A stretch of DNA of 64,000 nt from Felis catus (taxonomy: Eukaryota). The notes beneath the pieces were generated by a model. The model worked only from the letters and a program-made list of their open reading frames with translations, did not search any database and was not told where the DNA came from. Position numbers and translations under genes: made by a program. This document shows positions 39,332 through 52,756 of this stretch, piece by piece (within the stretch, counting starts at the first letter, position 1; every line of letters begins with the position of its first letter). The stretch lies in contig NC_058368.1 of NCBI RefSeq assembly GCF_018350175.1, forward strand, positions 194,496,001 to 194,560,000, read 5' to 3'.

Positions 39332-39551
39332 GGGGCGCCTGGGTGGCGCAGTCGGTTGAGCGTCCGACTTCAGCCAGGTCACGATCTTGCAGTCCGTAAG
39401 TTCGAGCCCTGCGTCGGGCTCTGGGCTGATGGCTCGGAGCCTGGAGCCTGTTTCCGATTCTGTGTTTCCCCCTCTCTCTGCCCCTCCCCCATTCATGCTC
39501 TGTCTCTCTCTGTCCCAAAAATAAATAAACGTTGAAAAAAAAATTTAAAAA
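39332..39551 (+). mobile_element. Young felid CanSINE
   Basis: CpG-rich; aaaaatgtaaaaatcc repeated at 39314-39329 and 39552-39567. Confidence 0.95.
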
Positions 39552-40119
39552 AAAAATGTAAAAATCCATTCTTAGTATGCAGGCTGTGTGGCTGGATTTG
39601 GCCCTTGGGCTGTGGTTTGCCAGCCTATGCACTGGAGCATTGCTTATCCTCTTTAAGACAGCAATTTGGGCATTTGAAGATAGTGCTCATGGTAGCATAC
39701 TCCCAAACGCTGCCCCATATCCAATCCCTAGATACAGCCTTGGCTTCTTTATTTTTCCCCTTTCAGGGTCTCTGGAGCCCTCCAGCTTAGCAACACTTAC
39801 AACAAATTATCTATTTCAAAACATGGCACTCAGGTTTAATGCAATACTCGAGCTCTTGTTTGTGAGGCATAAATTCCAGCAAGCATCACTTATTCAGAAT
39901 CCATACCTTTATTTGTAATTCTCTTTTGTTCTCCCCTCCTACCTCTGCTTCACATAAGTAAGGTCCTAATCCTTTTTATCTCAACTTCAGACTCCTCAAA
40001 CCAGCCTCCACTGACCACCATATCCAAAATCCTGCCCATTTCTCACTTCTATTTCAGTGCCTTTATTTGTTTTTCTTCAGAGACTCCAACGTAATTTATA
40101 ATTATTTTATTAATTTGTC

Positions 40120-40560
40120 TACTTGAAGGATTTTTGTTTTCTGACCCAGCAAAATAAAGTAAAAGCTGTAAGAAAGCTACAATAATTTCTAGTTCTAGCC
40201 TTTATAGAGTAGCTGCTATCAGATTTAACTTGTGCTGGAAAAGCTGAACGAAATATATAAAACAATTGTTTTCCGGTATTGAACAATAACCAAAGTAAAG
40301 CTTTGAGCCTCAAGAGAAGGGAAGCATATGAGGTAAAACCCTCCCATTTACACACCAGCTTTCTTTGAGAGGGCATTTTTTCCAAATCACAATGCAGAAA
40401 ACTAGAATCAAGCAGACAGCAGCAGTTTTGCTGGGTTGGGGAAACAGAGATCAGAGTTCACAACTGCTCAAATGACTGGGATTTGTACAGACACAAAATT
40501 CCCTGAAGTTTATAAATTGCTCACACACACCTTTCCTCATTGACCCTTCCAGCAGTCAAT
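40120..40560 (+). mobile_element. Old L1M 5'-region fragment
   Basis: agaagggaagcatatgaggtaaaaccc...ccagctttct resembles old L1M 5' ends. Confidence 0.45.
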
Positions 40561-41629
40561 GCAGAGGAGGTGAAATGAGATGAAGACTCTAAGAAAGTAC
40601 GATTAGATGCTGAATCTCCATGGTCTGCTCCCTTCCCCAGAGCCTCTGCCTCTGACTGGTGCTTTTTCATGGCAACGCTATTTCCGTATTTGTGCTTCTT
40701 GGGAACTGAGATTGTCAGTAACCGGACTCATTAACACCATTTTTTTTTTTTTTTAGTTTATTTGTCTGGATGTTAGAAGTAAATCTGTTTCCTAGCAACT
40801 CTGTCCCCTGCTCCCTCAATTTTCGCTACTCATTATCTTCCCCATGATCAACTACAAATTAGCCAAATTATGGGCAGGTTTTAGATTTCCCAGAAAAGGA
40901 AGGGGCATTTTCAAACATTTGTTCTTCTGGCATAAAGTGGCTCTAAGGGCCCATGCTTGCTGAGGACAAAGCAGGAAAATGGAAGTGGCCATTAATCTTA
41001 ATGTGCCTGCAGATCTGGGAGCCAGGCCTCCCGGGATAGCCATTTAAGTGCAGTCTTCTAGCCATTTCATGTAAGAGCCAATGTTAACCCCAAGAGGAAC
41101 CATAATTTTGGAGAAAAGGGGATCCCCCATGACATCCTCTGCAAAGTTAATTGTCAATATGGTGGCTCCTCTCTCAGCTCTGTAGTGAAATCCCTGAATG
41201 ACACTCCAATTCCACATCCCACACTTTAATATCCTAAAAATCAGACAACTATTCAAACCGACCTGCCAAATACCCTTTGAAAAAACATGAAAAAATGACT
41301 CCTATACCAATATAAAATGCAACTAGGGACTCATGCAGCCTAGATGCTTCTCAAGCTCAAGGCTTCCCAGCCACGAATGATCTACATTGAAGACAATTTC
41401 CCAAACATAGTTTTTTTTTCTGTCATTATTTCCTTAAAGGTTCTAACAAAGATAATTTCAGAACTATGTCCAGGAACTAAGGTTAATCCTAGGTGATATG
41501 AACTGTTATTTTACTTTCATATATTTATTCAAAGCATATTTTAAGTACCTACCATATACCAGACACTGTTCTAAATGCTAAGCATGTAGTAGTAGACAAG
41601 TCAAAAGTCCCTGTGCTAGACATTATGAA

Positions 41630-41925
41630 TAGGTCTCTTCTTCCAGGGCTATAGTAGGATTACACTTCCCTGCCTATGTGACAGGAGTGATTTGGCCAAT
41701 GAAATGTGAACTGTACTATTATATATCACTTTGCGGTAGAAGCTTAAAAGTCAAGGTATACTTTGCCATGTTCTCCTTTCCATCTGCCTCAGCAACTAGC
41801 CTAGTTCCTGGAGTTAGAAAAGCTCATAGGAGAACCCCCGGAAGATCCAGCATAGATATGTAACATCTTACATGTTATCGTGTGCCATTGAAAAAATATT
41901 TATTAAAATCTAACTTTTTCTGATA
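41630..41925 (+). mobile_element. Old MLT1 (J-like) LTR remnant
   Basis: tacacttccctgcc...tggccaatgaaatgtga...tctcctttcc. Confidence 0.5.
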
Positions 41926-43381
41926 CAGCCCAATTGTTGTGGACGCATATATTCAAAATTCTCTCTCTCATGATATCCATCTGAGTCCTACCTACCCTGA
42001 TCATATGGCATAAAATCTAATAGTCACAGCAAGACAAACCCTGTTTCTCAGGTACAGAAGAGTGTTGTGATGTCTTTCAACTATAAAGGCAGCAGCAGAA
42101 TACAAAGGAAAGAGCCCTAGCCTGGAAGTAAGAGGAACTAGGCCCTTGAGGCTGTTGCAGGTTGGCTCAGAATCAGGTACGCGCAAGCATCTGAAAGCCT
42201 AGAACGTCACAAGTTTCCAAACCTAACCGTCCACTCGATTCAGCACCTGATACTGTCAAAAGAATTCTCTTAGCAGATCACTAGATCTGGGCAGATGCCC
42301 TGAAATTAAGCTCCTCAGCTGGTTCTAACGCATCATGCAGCTTATGCAGTCATTGTTTGAAGTCATAAGCCTCCTCATAACACATGTCATGTTGTCCCAT
42401 CCATTTGATAGTGCCTGTACCTTGGTTCCTGATTTTCATACCTACTCCCATTCTAGGATTGGGATTCTGTTCTGAACATAAGCATACCAGGCTGGAGCCT
42501 TGGCCACATGCATGCCAATCCCCCTGTACTGGTAACTGAATCCTGTCAGCCAAACTCACGGCCACTGGTTTGAGTTCTGCTTAGCAGAGATGACAGGGGA
42601 CAGATACTTGATACCTCTGTGATTCAGGGCATAATCACTGCTTAAAAAAGAGGCCCTTCTGGGACTCACATTTGGGATACAGTGGGATACCAATAAGCCC
42701 ACATTCCCTTCTCAGAGAACTTTGCTCCCAACACCTGTTAAGGGGCGTTTTAGCATGTGACCTAGTCAACTGCACACCTAACACACACAAAAAGGCAACA
42801 CAAGAAAAGTCAATCTACTAATTGACTAGGAAATAATCAGTGCTCTCTCTTGAGAGTTTTAACAAAGGGGGGGAAATGTATAATCAGGCACATGTATGTT
42901 TAAACTGAAAGGTCATGTAGAGTCGTGAATAGGATGGTCATTTTTAGCCACACACTTACCAATTATCTTAGAAAGTGGTATTACTCAGAGAAACCAATCA
43001 ACATTTTTTAATGCAGCTAGAGAGTAAAAAACAGACACAAGAGAAAACCCCATCCTTAGGACCTTTACAACAAAGCCTATGCCTTTCTGATGCAAAGTAC
43101 ACAGTTGTCTTTCATTTTTGTGAAATGTTCCTGTAAATTTTCAAAACTCTCCTTTACTTGAACTAGCAAGAATGAGTTTAGTTCTTTGCAAATAAAAAAA
43201 AAAATTCCCATGCTGAATTCCCTTAAGTGGCGAACCCTGGTCTTATTCTAGCCTGGAGCTTCCTTTTGGGTGTAACAAAGTAGACTACTACAGGATTTAG
43301 GACATCCTTTCCTACCAGCCGGGGCCACTAAAGCCCCAACATTACTCCCATCTGAATCAATCTTAATTATGCAAATATTTC

Positions 43382-46254
43382 TTTTTCCCCCCAGCTTTAC
43401 CGAAGTACGATTGACAAATAAAATTGTAACATATTTAAAGTATACAATGTGATGATTTGCTATAAGTAAACATTATTAAAGGAGTCACGCCATCCAGCTA
43501 ATTAACACACCCATAACTGTGCATATTAATCTTTTTTTGATTTAAGAACACTCATGTTTTATTCCCTTAACAAATTTCAATTATACAATACAGTATTATC
43601 AACCATAGTCACCATATAATACATTAGATCCTCAGACTTTATGCATCTTATAACCGTAAGTTGGTACCCTTTTACTAACTTCTCTCCATATCCCTCACCC
43701 CCCCCCCAGCCCCAGGCAACCACCGTTCTACTGTTTTTATGAAGTCAACCTCTTTTTTTTCTTTTTTTTTTAGATTCCACATATAAGTACTACCATGCAG
43801 TGTCTTTCTCCATTCAGTTTACTTCCCTTAGCATAAATAATGCCCTCTGGGTTCATCCATGTTGTCGCAAATTGCAGGATTTTTTCTTTTCTACAGCTGA
43901 AAAATATTCCATTGGGTGTAGGTGTGTGTGTATGTGTATACCTCACTAGTATATATAGGTAGGAATACATATATAGGTATATATATTACATTTTCTTTGT
44001 CCATTCATCCATTGACAGACACTAAGATTTGTTTCTTTTTATGTGTTGGCTATTATGAACAATGTGACAATGAATAGGGACAATGAACAGGTGTGAAGTG
44101 ATATCTCATTGTGGTTTGGACTTGCATTTCACTGATGATTAATGATGCTGGGCATCACTTGTTGTTCACGTGTTGCACGAGTACTTGTTGGCATTTGTAT
44201 GCATTCTTCAGGAAAAAATGTCTATTCAGGTCCTTTGTTTATTTTTGATTGGATTATTTCGGTTTTTTGCTATTGTGTTGGTTGGATTTCTTATATGTTT
44301 TGGATATTAACATGGTTTATCAGATACGTGGTTTGCAAATATTTTCTCTGATCCCATAGGTTGACTTTTCATTTTGTTTATGGTTTTCCTTGCCGAGCAG
44401 AAGCTTTTTTTTAGTTTGATGTAGTCCCAACTTGCTTATTCTTTCCTTTGTTGCCTTTGGTGTAGGTGTCAAATCCATAAAATTATTGCCAAGACCAAAG
44501 TCAAGGAGCTTACCCATTAAGTTTTATTCTAGGAGTTTCAGGGTGTTTTCCCAACACCATTTTTGAAGACACTGTCCTTTCTTCTTTTTTTTTTTTTTTT
44601 TTTTTTTTTTTGTAGCTTTGTCAAGAATTAATTCACCATATATGTGCGGGTTTATTTCTGGGTCCTTTATCCTATTCCAGTGAACTTTGTGTCTGTTTTT
44701 ATGTCAATAACATACTATTTTTATTACTACAGTTTTGTAATATAGTTTGTGAGTAGGAAAAACAAATTCCTCCTGTGTTTCTCCTTTACTCTCACATTTC
44801 TACACTTCTGATACCAAATGTGTGGATTTTCCATACATCAAGCAATTGTAAGTGACACCACCTTGGTGTTCTACAATTTGAAGGTGGGCACTATCTACCT
44901 GGAGACAGTATCAGATCCCACAGGTTAAGGGCTCAGTCCTACAAGACTGTTCTCCTACTTCAGACCCTAATTCCAAGTCCAAGTTGTTACTTGTGCTTCT
45001 GACCCGTGGCTATAAATCAGAGGTTCCCATGACACCCTCCTCAGGTTAGATTAATTTGCTAGAATAGTTCACAAAACTCAGGAAAACCATTTACTTAACT
45101 CAATTACTGGCTTCTTAAAAATGACATAACTCAGAAACAGCAAAATGGAAGACATACTAGAGCCAAGTATGTAGGAAAGAAGTGAGACGCTTCCATGTTC
45201 TCTCCCTGTACACCACTCTCCCCGAACCTCCACATGTTCACCAACCCAGAAGCTCTCCGCACCCTGTATTTTGGGGATTTCTATGAGGGCTACCTACCTC
45301 ATAAAAGTATGATTGATCATTAGCTCATTCTCCAGACCCCTTTCCTTTTCCAGAAGGATGAAGATAGGGATGAATGTTCTGAGCTTCTAGTCAAGATTTG
45401 GTCTTTCTGGTGGCAACCCCATCCTGAAGCTACTCAAGAGCCCTGAAGAGTCACCTCATTAGAACAAAAGATACTCTATCAAACAGGAAATTTCAAGGAT
45501 TTAGGAACTCTCTGTCAGGAATCAGGGTCAAAGATCAAATATTTAAACAACAGATGTTCTTAGTGCTCTTATTGCTTAGGAAATTATAAGGGTTTTAGGA
45601 TATCTGTGCCAAGAACCAGGAACAGAGAACAACATAATTTTTTTCTAGTATTTCCCAGTTTGCTATCCAAAAGTGTGATGCCCCTAGCTTTGTTCTTCTT
45701 TCTCAAGATCACTTTGGCTATTCAGGGTCTTTGGGGGGGTCCATATGAATTTTAATACTTTTTTTTCCCATTTCTCTGACAAATGCCATGGAAATTTTGA
45801 TAAGGACTGTATTGAATCTGCATTTTTTTCTGCTCCCTCTTCACTGAACCTAGAGGGGACAGTCCTGTGGGGCTCTTGAATGCAAGCCCCAATGTCTCTC
45901 AGAGCTAGGTGTTTTGGGGTCCTGTCTCTCTGGTGGTAGTCCTAAAATTTGGGGTGCCAGATGTGTGGTCCACACCCTTGCTCTTCAGGGAGAAGTTGGG
46001 AGTTGGGGATTTCCCTTCTAATGGTAAGATGTTGTGACAGGGGTGAGGTTTATGGCAAGAGTCTGTCTCAACTTTTCCTATGCATTTTGATGTGGGTATT
46101 TCCTCAGATGCCTGATGTGTAGGAGTCATTCAACTTGTTTCTAAATTTCTCTCAGGGGGAACTGACCTGTGCATAGCTGTATATCCCCATCCATGTAAGG
46201 AGGGAAATTCAGGAGGTCCCCAGGTTGTCATGTTGGTGATATCCTCCCAAATAC
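43382..46254 (-). mobile_element. Old L1 (L1MA9/M3-like) with 5' UTR and 3' end, large internal loss and a nested LTR
   Basis: 3' UTR/ORF2 end at 43382-44749 and 45658-45820; 5' UTR-like 45821-46250; degenerate TSD at 43364-43381 and 46255-46272. Confidence 0.75.
44750..45657 (-). mobile_element. MER21-like solo LTR nested in the L1
   Basis: tcagatcccacaggttaagggctcagtcc...aagggttttagga; gtttg duplicated at both junctions. Confidence 0.8.
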
Positions 46255-47257
46255 TAAGTACGCCAATATTTCAACAAGATTATTTGTTTACTTTTACTTG
46301 GCCCTACCCCTAAATTGAAATAGCTTATTATTCTTTTGCTACTTTTGAAAAAGTATGAAAACAATCAACTGATATCTATTTGACAAAGTGTTGAACAGTT
46401 GGGTAAACAATATTAAAATGTATCCTAGCACCATAATCGAGAATTTTCCACCATACTTTCTTATTAATCCATATGTGCCCTGATTTAAGGAAATTTATAA
46501 CAAAAAAAAAATATTGCAACTTATCATAAATTATGAGGGCAAATTTGCTTTCCCAAAACAACTCTTCAGATTCAGAGCACTCTCCTCCCATGTGTAAGCA
46601 TGTGCTTCAAAGATAAAAAAGTACTCAGGAAAACTGAGTGGCAAAGAAAGAAATATGGTAGTGTCCACTGACTGATGGATATCTTTGTAATCCACAAAAA
46701 TCAATAGGAAAGCAGAATTGATTTGCATAGATCTCCAGGACATGCCAGTTATTAATGATGGTGAGGCCCCCCTAGGGCTCCTGAGACTCTGGGATGAGTT
46801 TAGCTAACTAACCTCATTCAAACACACTCAAGACTATCCCCAGGAAATGATTTCACAGCATTATTCTTTCCAAAAGGCAAGTCTTGCTGTGAGTTAGTTA
46901 CGTCTGTCTCCTCTTTTCACAACACAGCTAATTTAATGCCCAGAGTCCTGTCTGCCTCCACATCTTAATGTACTGATTTCCTTCTTTACTGAAATGCAGC
47001 TGATAACCTGGGACAGTCATAGTTGAAAGGGAAACTGAATCTCCTACCAGACTCACCAGTGTTTGCTGAGCAACACTCCCCTCACTGTACCTTGTCTTTC
47101 TGTTGCAGAACAAGGAAAAAGTTTTAAAACATGGATTTACTGGAAGACAGGCATTAACAGTACATTTATTCACTCATTATGTAGGAATTAATAGATGTTT
47201 AATATAATTGTTAGTGATTATATGTTTGTTAAATTTCTGTATGACAGTTTTATAAAT

Positions 47258-47440
47258 CTTTTTATATTTTTAAGTTTATTTTTATTTTGAGAGGGTGGGG
47301 AGGGGCAGAGAGAGGGAGACAGGGAGAATCCCAAGCAGGCTGTGCATGGAGCCTGATGACGGCTCTAACCCTCTAACCATGAGATCATGACCTGAGCCAA
47401 AATCAAGACACTTAACCTGACTGAGCCACCCAGAAGCTCC
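47258..47440 (-). mobile_element. CanSINE
   Basis: gagaatcccaagcaggct...gagatcatgacctgagcc...ctgagccaccca. Confidence 0.88.
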
Positions 47441-47629
47441 TATAAACAATTTTAAAACATTTAATATAGCATAATGGTTAAGGATATGGCCCCAGGAATC
47501 AGTTGTCTGGGTTTTAGTCATAGCCTTTTCACTCCCAGCTGTTGTTACCTTCTAAGTTTTAGTTTCTCCCTCTTTAAAACAGGAATGAAAATAGAAATAA
47601 CCTTGCCCTGTGTAAACTGAATGATATTC

Positions 47630-47761
47630 ATGTGTGCTGCTTAATTCTGTGTGTCAGCTTAACTGAGCCATGGTGGTAAGGGAGAGAAGGAGGTACCCAG
47701 ACAGTTTATCAGACATTAGTCTGGGTGTGTCTGTGAGTACGTTTTTGGATGAGATGAACAT

Positions 47762-47805
<44 letters not shown>

Positions 47806-48490
47806 TGTTTATTTATTTTTGAGACAGAGAGAGACAGAGAATGAACGGGGGAGGGTCAGAGAGAGGGAGACACAGAATCTGAAGCAGGCTCCAGGCTCCA
47901 ACCTGTCAGCACCGAGCCCGACACGGGGCTCAAACTCACAGATCGTGAGATCATGACCTGAGCCGAGGTCGGATGCTCATCTGACTGAGCCACCCAGGTG
48001 CCCCAGATGAGATGAACATTTAAATCAGTAGACTGGATAAAACAGATTGCTCTCCCTTATGTGGGTGGCCCTCACCTAATCAGCTGAAGGCCTGAATAGA
48101 ACAAACAGCCGACCCTCTCTCAAAAAGAAGGGAATTCCTCCCACCTGGAGAGAAAAAAAAACAAAACAAAACCAAAAAAAATACCTACCTGAGCTGGGAC
48201 GTTGGTCTTGTCTGGCCTTCAGTCTTGGACTGAAACATCTGCCCTTCTTGGTTCTTGGGCTGCCAGCTTGCAAACTGACACTTCCATCATCAGCTCACCT
48301 GGCTCTCACACTTTTGGACTAGGACTAGAGCAACACATTTTCTCTCCTGGGTGTCCAGCTTGCTGACTGCAAATCTGGGATTTCTCAGCCTCAACAACTG
48401 CATGATCTGATTCTCTGTAATAAATCAGTATCTCTTGATGATAGACAGAGAGACTCTAATAGTTCTGTTTCTCGGGTAAACTCTAATGCA
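47630..48490 (+). mobile_element. MLT2 solo LTR interrupted by a CanSINE
   Basis: ttaattctgtgtgtcagcttaactgagcca start; aatcagctgaaggcctgaatagaacaaa; gttctgtttctc...ctctaatgca end. Confidence 0.85.
47765..48004 (-). mobile_element. CanSINE with (TTTA)n tail
   Basis: 17-bp TSD gatgagatgaacattta at 47748-47764 and 48006-48022. Confidence 0.95.
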
Positions 48491-49229
48491 CCACACCGAG
48501 CACTTAGCACAAGCGTCAGACTCATACTGAGTACCTAATACAAGGATAGCAACTATCATAAATAAGAGACTGTCCTGGGCACAGGAGGAGGCCACCACTG
48601 AGATGACTCAAAATCAAACATTTGCCTTCAGGGAACTCGGATTAATAGTAGTGATAGGGTGTGTGTATTACTAAATGTCATTCCTTTGTTTAAAATCCTT
48701 CAATGGCAACCTAGGAGCTATAGGATAGAACTGCCGACTCCTGAAGATGGAATACAAGCCTCTTCATTATCTAGTCCTTGTAACACTTTTGCATGCCCTT
48801 CACGCTAACATGGTCTTCTATTGCACTGAGTTCCCTCTCACCTCAGTGGGCTTTCAGAAACTGCACCTCTGCCTCTGAAGACGTGTTCTCTTTGTATTCC
48901 TGAAAACCCCCTATTCATCATATCCCGTGTGACTTTAGATGCTCCTCTACCCATATTCCCTGTGGCACCTTTCCTTCTCCTTTAAAGCCCACACCATAGT
49001 CCATCACCACTGCTGGTTTTCAAATTCTGCAGAAGTCCCAGCATGAGTCCAAGTCACTCCCATCTAGGATGCCAACACATCGAAGAATTCTGGAGGAGCA
49101 ACCAGAGGCCACATGATAGTGAAAGGGGACCAGGAGCCTCTGGGGAGAACCCGACCTCAAAGAAGATGATGCAGGAACAAAGCCTCAGGCCTGGACAGGA
49201 GGGTACTGTAATTAACCAGATATTTACCT

Positions 49230-49890
49230 AAAAACCTAAAAAGCTAGTGGTCAGGAGCTGTCATCTTATTTCTCTTACTTCCCTTAGAAATACTTATCCC
49301 ACTTGTACTTTCTCAGCCCAGACTTTCTTCTTTTAACTTCCTGGAGCATGGGACAGAATTAATTTGCATGACCAATTCAGCCCACGAAAGGTTTCAACTT
49401 ATCTTCTGGAAACTAGTGTGTGGCTGGTTAGCTCCGTAGTTGGAAGCTCACAACATGGATCCAGTCTCCATGTAGACCAAAACAACTACTATGGCCTGAA
49501 TGTATCCAATGCCAATGTGAAGGGATGTCAATCTAAACTGGAATTGGAGGATATAAAATGGAGAATGTCAAGCATGTACCTTCAGCAGAACAGAATTTAA
49601 GAATGAAGCTCATTTCTCACGAACGCCTGATTTACAGAAGACCTTCTGACCAATGACCATCTACCAAGAATCTCTCCCTTTCCTCAAGCCAATGAACTTA
49701 GTGCTTGGACTCTGGTTGGACTTCCTTCCTTTTGCACTCCTTGCCCATAAATACAGCCTGCCCCAAATCCTCAATGCACTTGCCTGCAGCTTGCTACGCA
49801 TGACTTTCTTGAATTGCAACTCCTCTGCTATCCCCCAATACCCTCAATTTCTGGTCATTTGAGCTTACCTCAGTTTACCTGTGATAGGAA
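49230..49890 (+). mobile_element. Probable ERV1-type solo LTR
   Basis: ataaatacagcctgcccc...gaattgcaactcctctgctatcccc motif; boundaries uncertain. Confidence 0.45.
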
Positions 49891-50159
49891 CATGTAGGAG
49901 AGCACAGAGTACATGACATGAAAGAGTGAAGAACATCCTCTCTTCTAGCAAAATTAGAAAAACATGTTCTACTTGTGAAATGTTGCAGAAGCCTTGCCTG
50001 ATACTTTGCTGTCCCCAGAGCCTTCCCAAAGCTTTCCAATCCCCATAGCTAAAGCCATTCCATATCTTGTGCCGGTTGAGATACACTTAAGACAGCTAAG
50101 ACTCAAATTCTTATCAGAAATAATCCTTAATAATATTTGATATCATTGTATTTGATTAC

Positions 50160-50700
50160 ATGTTCAGCATAAAAAACAATAGAAATTATAGAAAAGCTCA
50201 AAAATAAAATTACCTCTAATTAAGACCCTCAGAATAATATATAGTATTTTAGTATATATTTTTTCCAGAATTATACTCATATATACAAACATATACACAC
50301 AGTGGTAGTATATCGAAATATTGTAGTGTGACTTGCTTTTTTCACTAACTACATGATTTGAACATTCTTTCATGTTATTAAACAACTTCTACATTATTTT
50401 TATGGCTTTGAAATACTCTATTGAAAGGAAGAATCATAATATCATAATACCAATCCCTCTTTTGTTGTATAGCAAGTTATTTCTACTGTTTTTGCTATTC
50501 GAAGTAATTAATGTTCTTGAAACATAATCTTTCTGAGCCTCCAGGAATTTCTTAGGATAAATACTAAAAAAAAAAAAAAATGGAAACACCAGATCAAAAG
50601 ATATGCATATTTTTGAGAATTTTGGAGCTGATTTCCAAATAACCCCATAGCAGGGAAGTTTGGGCAGAGTATTTCCTCCAACAATACATGAGACAGATTC
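50160..50700 (-). mobile_element. Old L1ME fragment
   Basis: acttgcttttttcactaa...atttcttaggataaatac...atcaaaagatatgcatattt. Confidence 0.55.
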
Positions 50701-50984
50701 AGAAGAATTTAGGGAATCCTAAGTTCATAGAGATAACACAGCATCCATCTATCCATCTATCCATCCAACCAGCCATGCATGTGGCAAATATTTACTGAGT
50801 GTGTACTCTACACACGTGCTAGGGACAGAATAATAAGAAAGACAAACATATTTCCTGCCCTCCCTGTACTCACAGTCTAGTAGAGAAATCAGACCAGCAA
50901 TGACAATACTGATCAGTTTAGCCTTATTACTGCTTCCATTCTGACACTAACTCTCATTTTAAAAACAAGGCCCTGCCTTGTGGG

Positions 50985-51197
50985 TTTTTTTTTAATTTTT
51001 TAATGTTTACTCATTTTTGAGAGACAGAGTGTGAATGGGGGAGAGACAGAGAGAGAGGGAGACACCGAATATGAAACAGGCTCCAGGCTCTGAGCTGTCA
51101 GCACAAAGCCCAACGTGGGGCTCGAACTCATGGACAGGGAGATCATGACCTGAGCTGAAGTTGGATGCTTAACCTACTGAGCCACCCAGGTGACCCC
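50985..51197 (-). mobile_element. CanSINE
   Basis: caggctccaggctctgagctgtcagcac...gagccacccagg. Confidence 0.92.
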
Positions 51198-51889
51198 TTC
51201 TTGTTGAAACTAAGGGCCCCATGCCAGGTCTTCTTATTTGTCCCGAGTAGGGTCTTTTTCTCATGAATTCTCTTAGAGGTGCTATAGGGTACTGGAATAG
51301 CAGCCAACCCAGCTGACAGCATCTCTCTCCCAGCTGAGAGTCTGTGCAAGTTACCCGTGCCAGACTCCAGCTGCACATTATTCCTTTTCTGGAGAGAAGT
51401 AATAAAAATCACGACCACTTTGGGCCTCATGTTACTCACTCTGTCCCAGGCCTTATACCAGGTCCTTAATAAAAATTATTTCATTTACTCCAAACAACAA
51501 GGCAAGGGAGATGATGTGTTGCTATTCCAATCTATAAATAAGGAACAGGAGGATCACAGAATTTCTAACTTGCCCATTGTCAGACAGCAGAGGCAGGATA
51601 TAAATATAAGTCTCTCCTACCTGCATTGCACTGTACTATTTGCCTAGGTCTCTGTCCATGCCCTGCTACAATGTTTTGTCCTGCCCGACTAGGCATTTCC
51701 TGGTCATCCACTGCTAGAACCTTCTCCAAAGGCCTATCACACCCAATGGGCAGCTGGGGGCTGGCACTCTCCTAACTACTTGAGAAGGTATCAAACTGCC
51801 TGGAGGCAAACCCAATGATACCCACTGCCACTGAGTCTCAAAGTGTGGACCAAAGTTCATCCCCCACAGAACAGAATTTAAATCCTTGT

Positions 51890-52300
51890 TTAAATGAGTA
51901 GCAAAAGATGGTATATGCATACAATAAGATATTATTCAGTCATAAAGAGAAATGTAATACTGAAATATGCTACAACATGGATGAACCTCAAAACACTACG
52001 GCAAAGTGAAAGAAGCCGGATGCAAAAGAACATATACTGGGTGATTCCATCTATAGCAAGTACCCAAAGTAGGTAGAACCATAGAGACAGAATGCAGATT
52101 AGCGATCACTAAGACCTGGGGAGCACTGGGGGACAGGGAGTGACTGCTTAATGGACACAGTGTCTCCTTTGAGGGTGTTGAGAATGTCTCGGAACTTAAA
52201 CAGAGGAAATGGTTGCACAACATTGTGAGTGTCCTAAATACAGGATATTGCTCACTTCAGGATGGTTAATTTTGTCATGCTAAGTTTACCTCAATTTAAA
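51890..52300 (+). mobile_element. L1MB-type 3' end
   Basis: tgctacaacatggatgaacctc...ggttgcacaacattgtga...tttacctcaatttaaaa. Confidence 0.85.
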
Positions 52301-52308
52301 AAGGGAGA

Positions 52309-52468
52309 GGGGCAACTGGGGGGCTCAGTTAAACGTCCAACTCTTGATTTCAGCTCAGGTCATGATCTCACAGTTTGTGAGTTTGAGCCCTACATCAGGC
52401 TCTGCGCAGTGAGGAGCCTGCTTGGGATTCTGTCTCCCCCTCTTTCTCTGCCCATCCCCCACTTGTAT

Positions 52469-52517
<49 letters not shown>

Positions 52518-52756
52518 ATAAGCAAACATTTTTTTAGAAAGTAACATTAGGGGTGCCTGGGTGGCTCAGTTGGTTGGGCATCCGACTTCGGCTCAGGTCA
52601 TGATCTCACAGTTTGTGAGTTCAAGCCCCACATCGGGCTCTGCTTTGATGGTGCAGAGCTTGCTTGGGATTCTCTCTCTCTTCTCTCTGCCCCTCCTTGC
52701 CTTGCTTTCTCTCTCCCTCTCTCTCAAAACAAATAAATGAACTTTTTTTTAAAAAA
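52309..52756 (+). mobile_element. Two tandem CanSINEs (52309-52545 and 52550-52756)
   Basis: Two heads, two CT tracts and two A-rich tails directly behind the L1 tail. Confidence 0.9.

Larger units (their letters stand above)
38969..39627 (+). mobile_element. MER58-like MITE carrying two CanSINE insertions
   Basis: Ends caagggtcagcaaactttttcttaaagggccaga and ggatttggcccttgggctgtggtttgccagcc. Confidence 0.75.
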
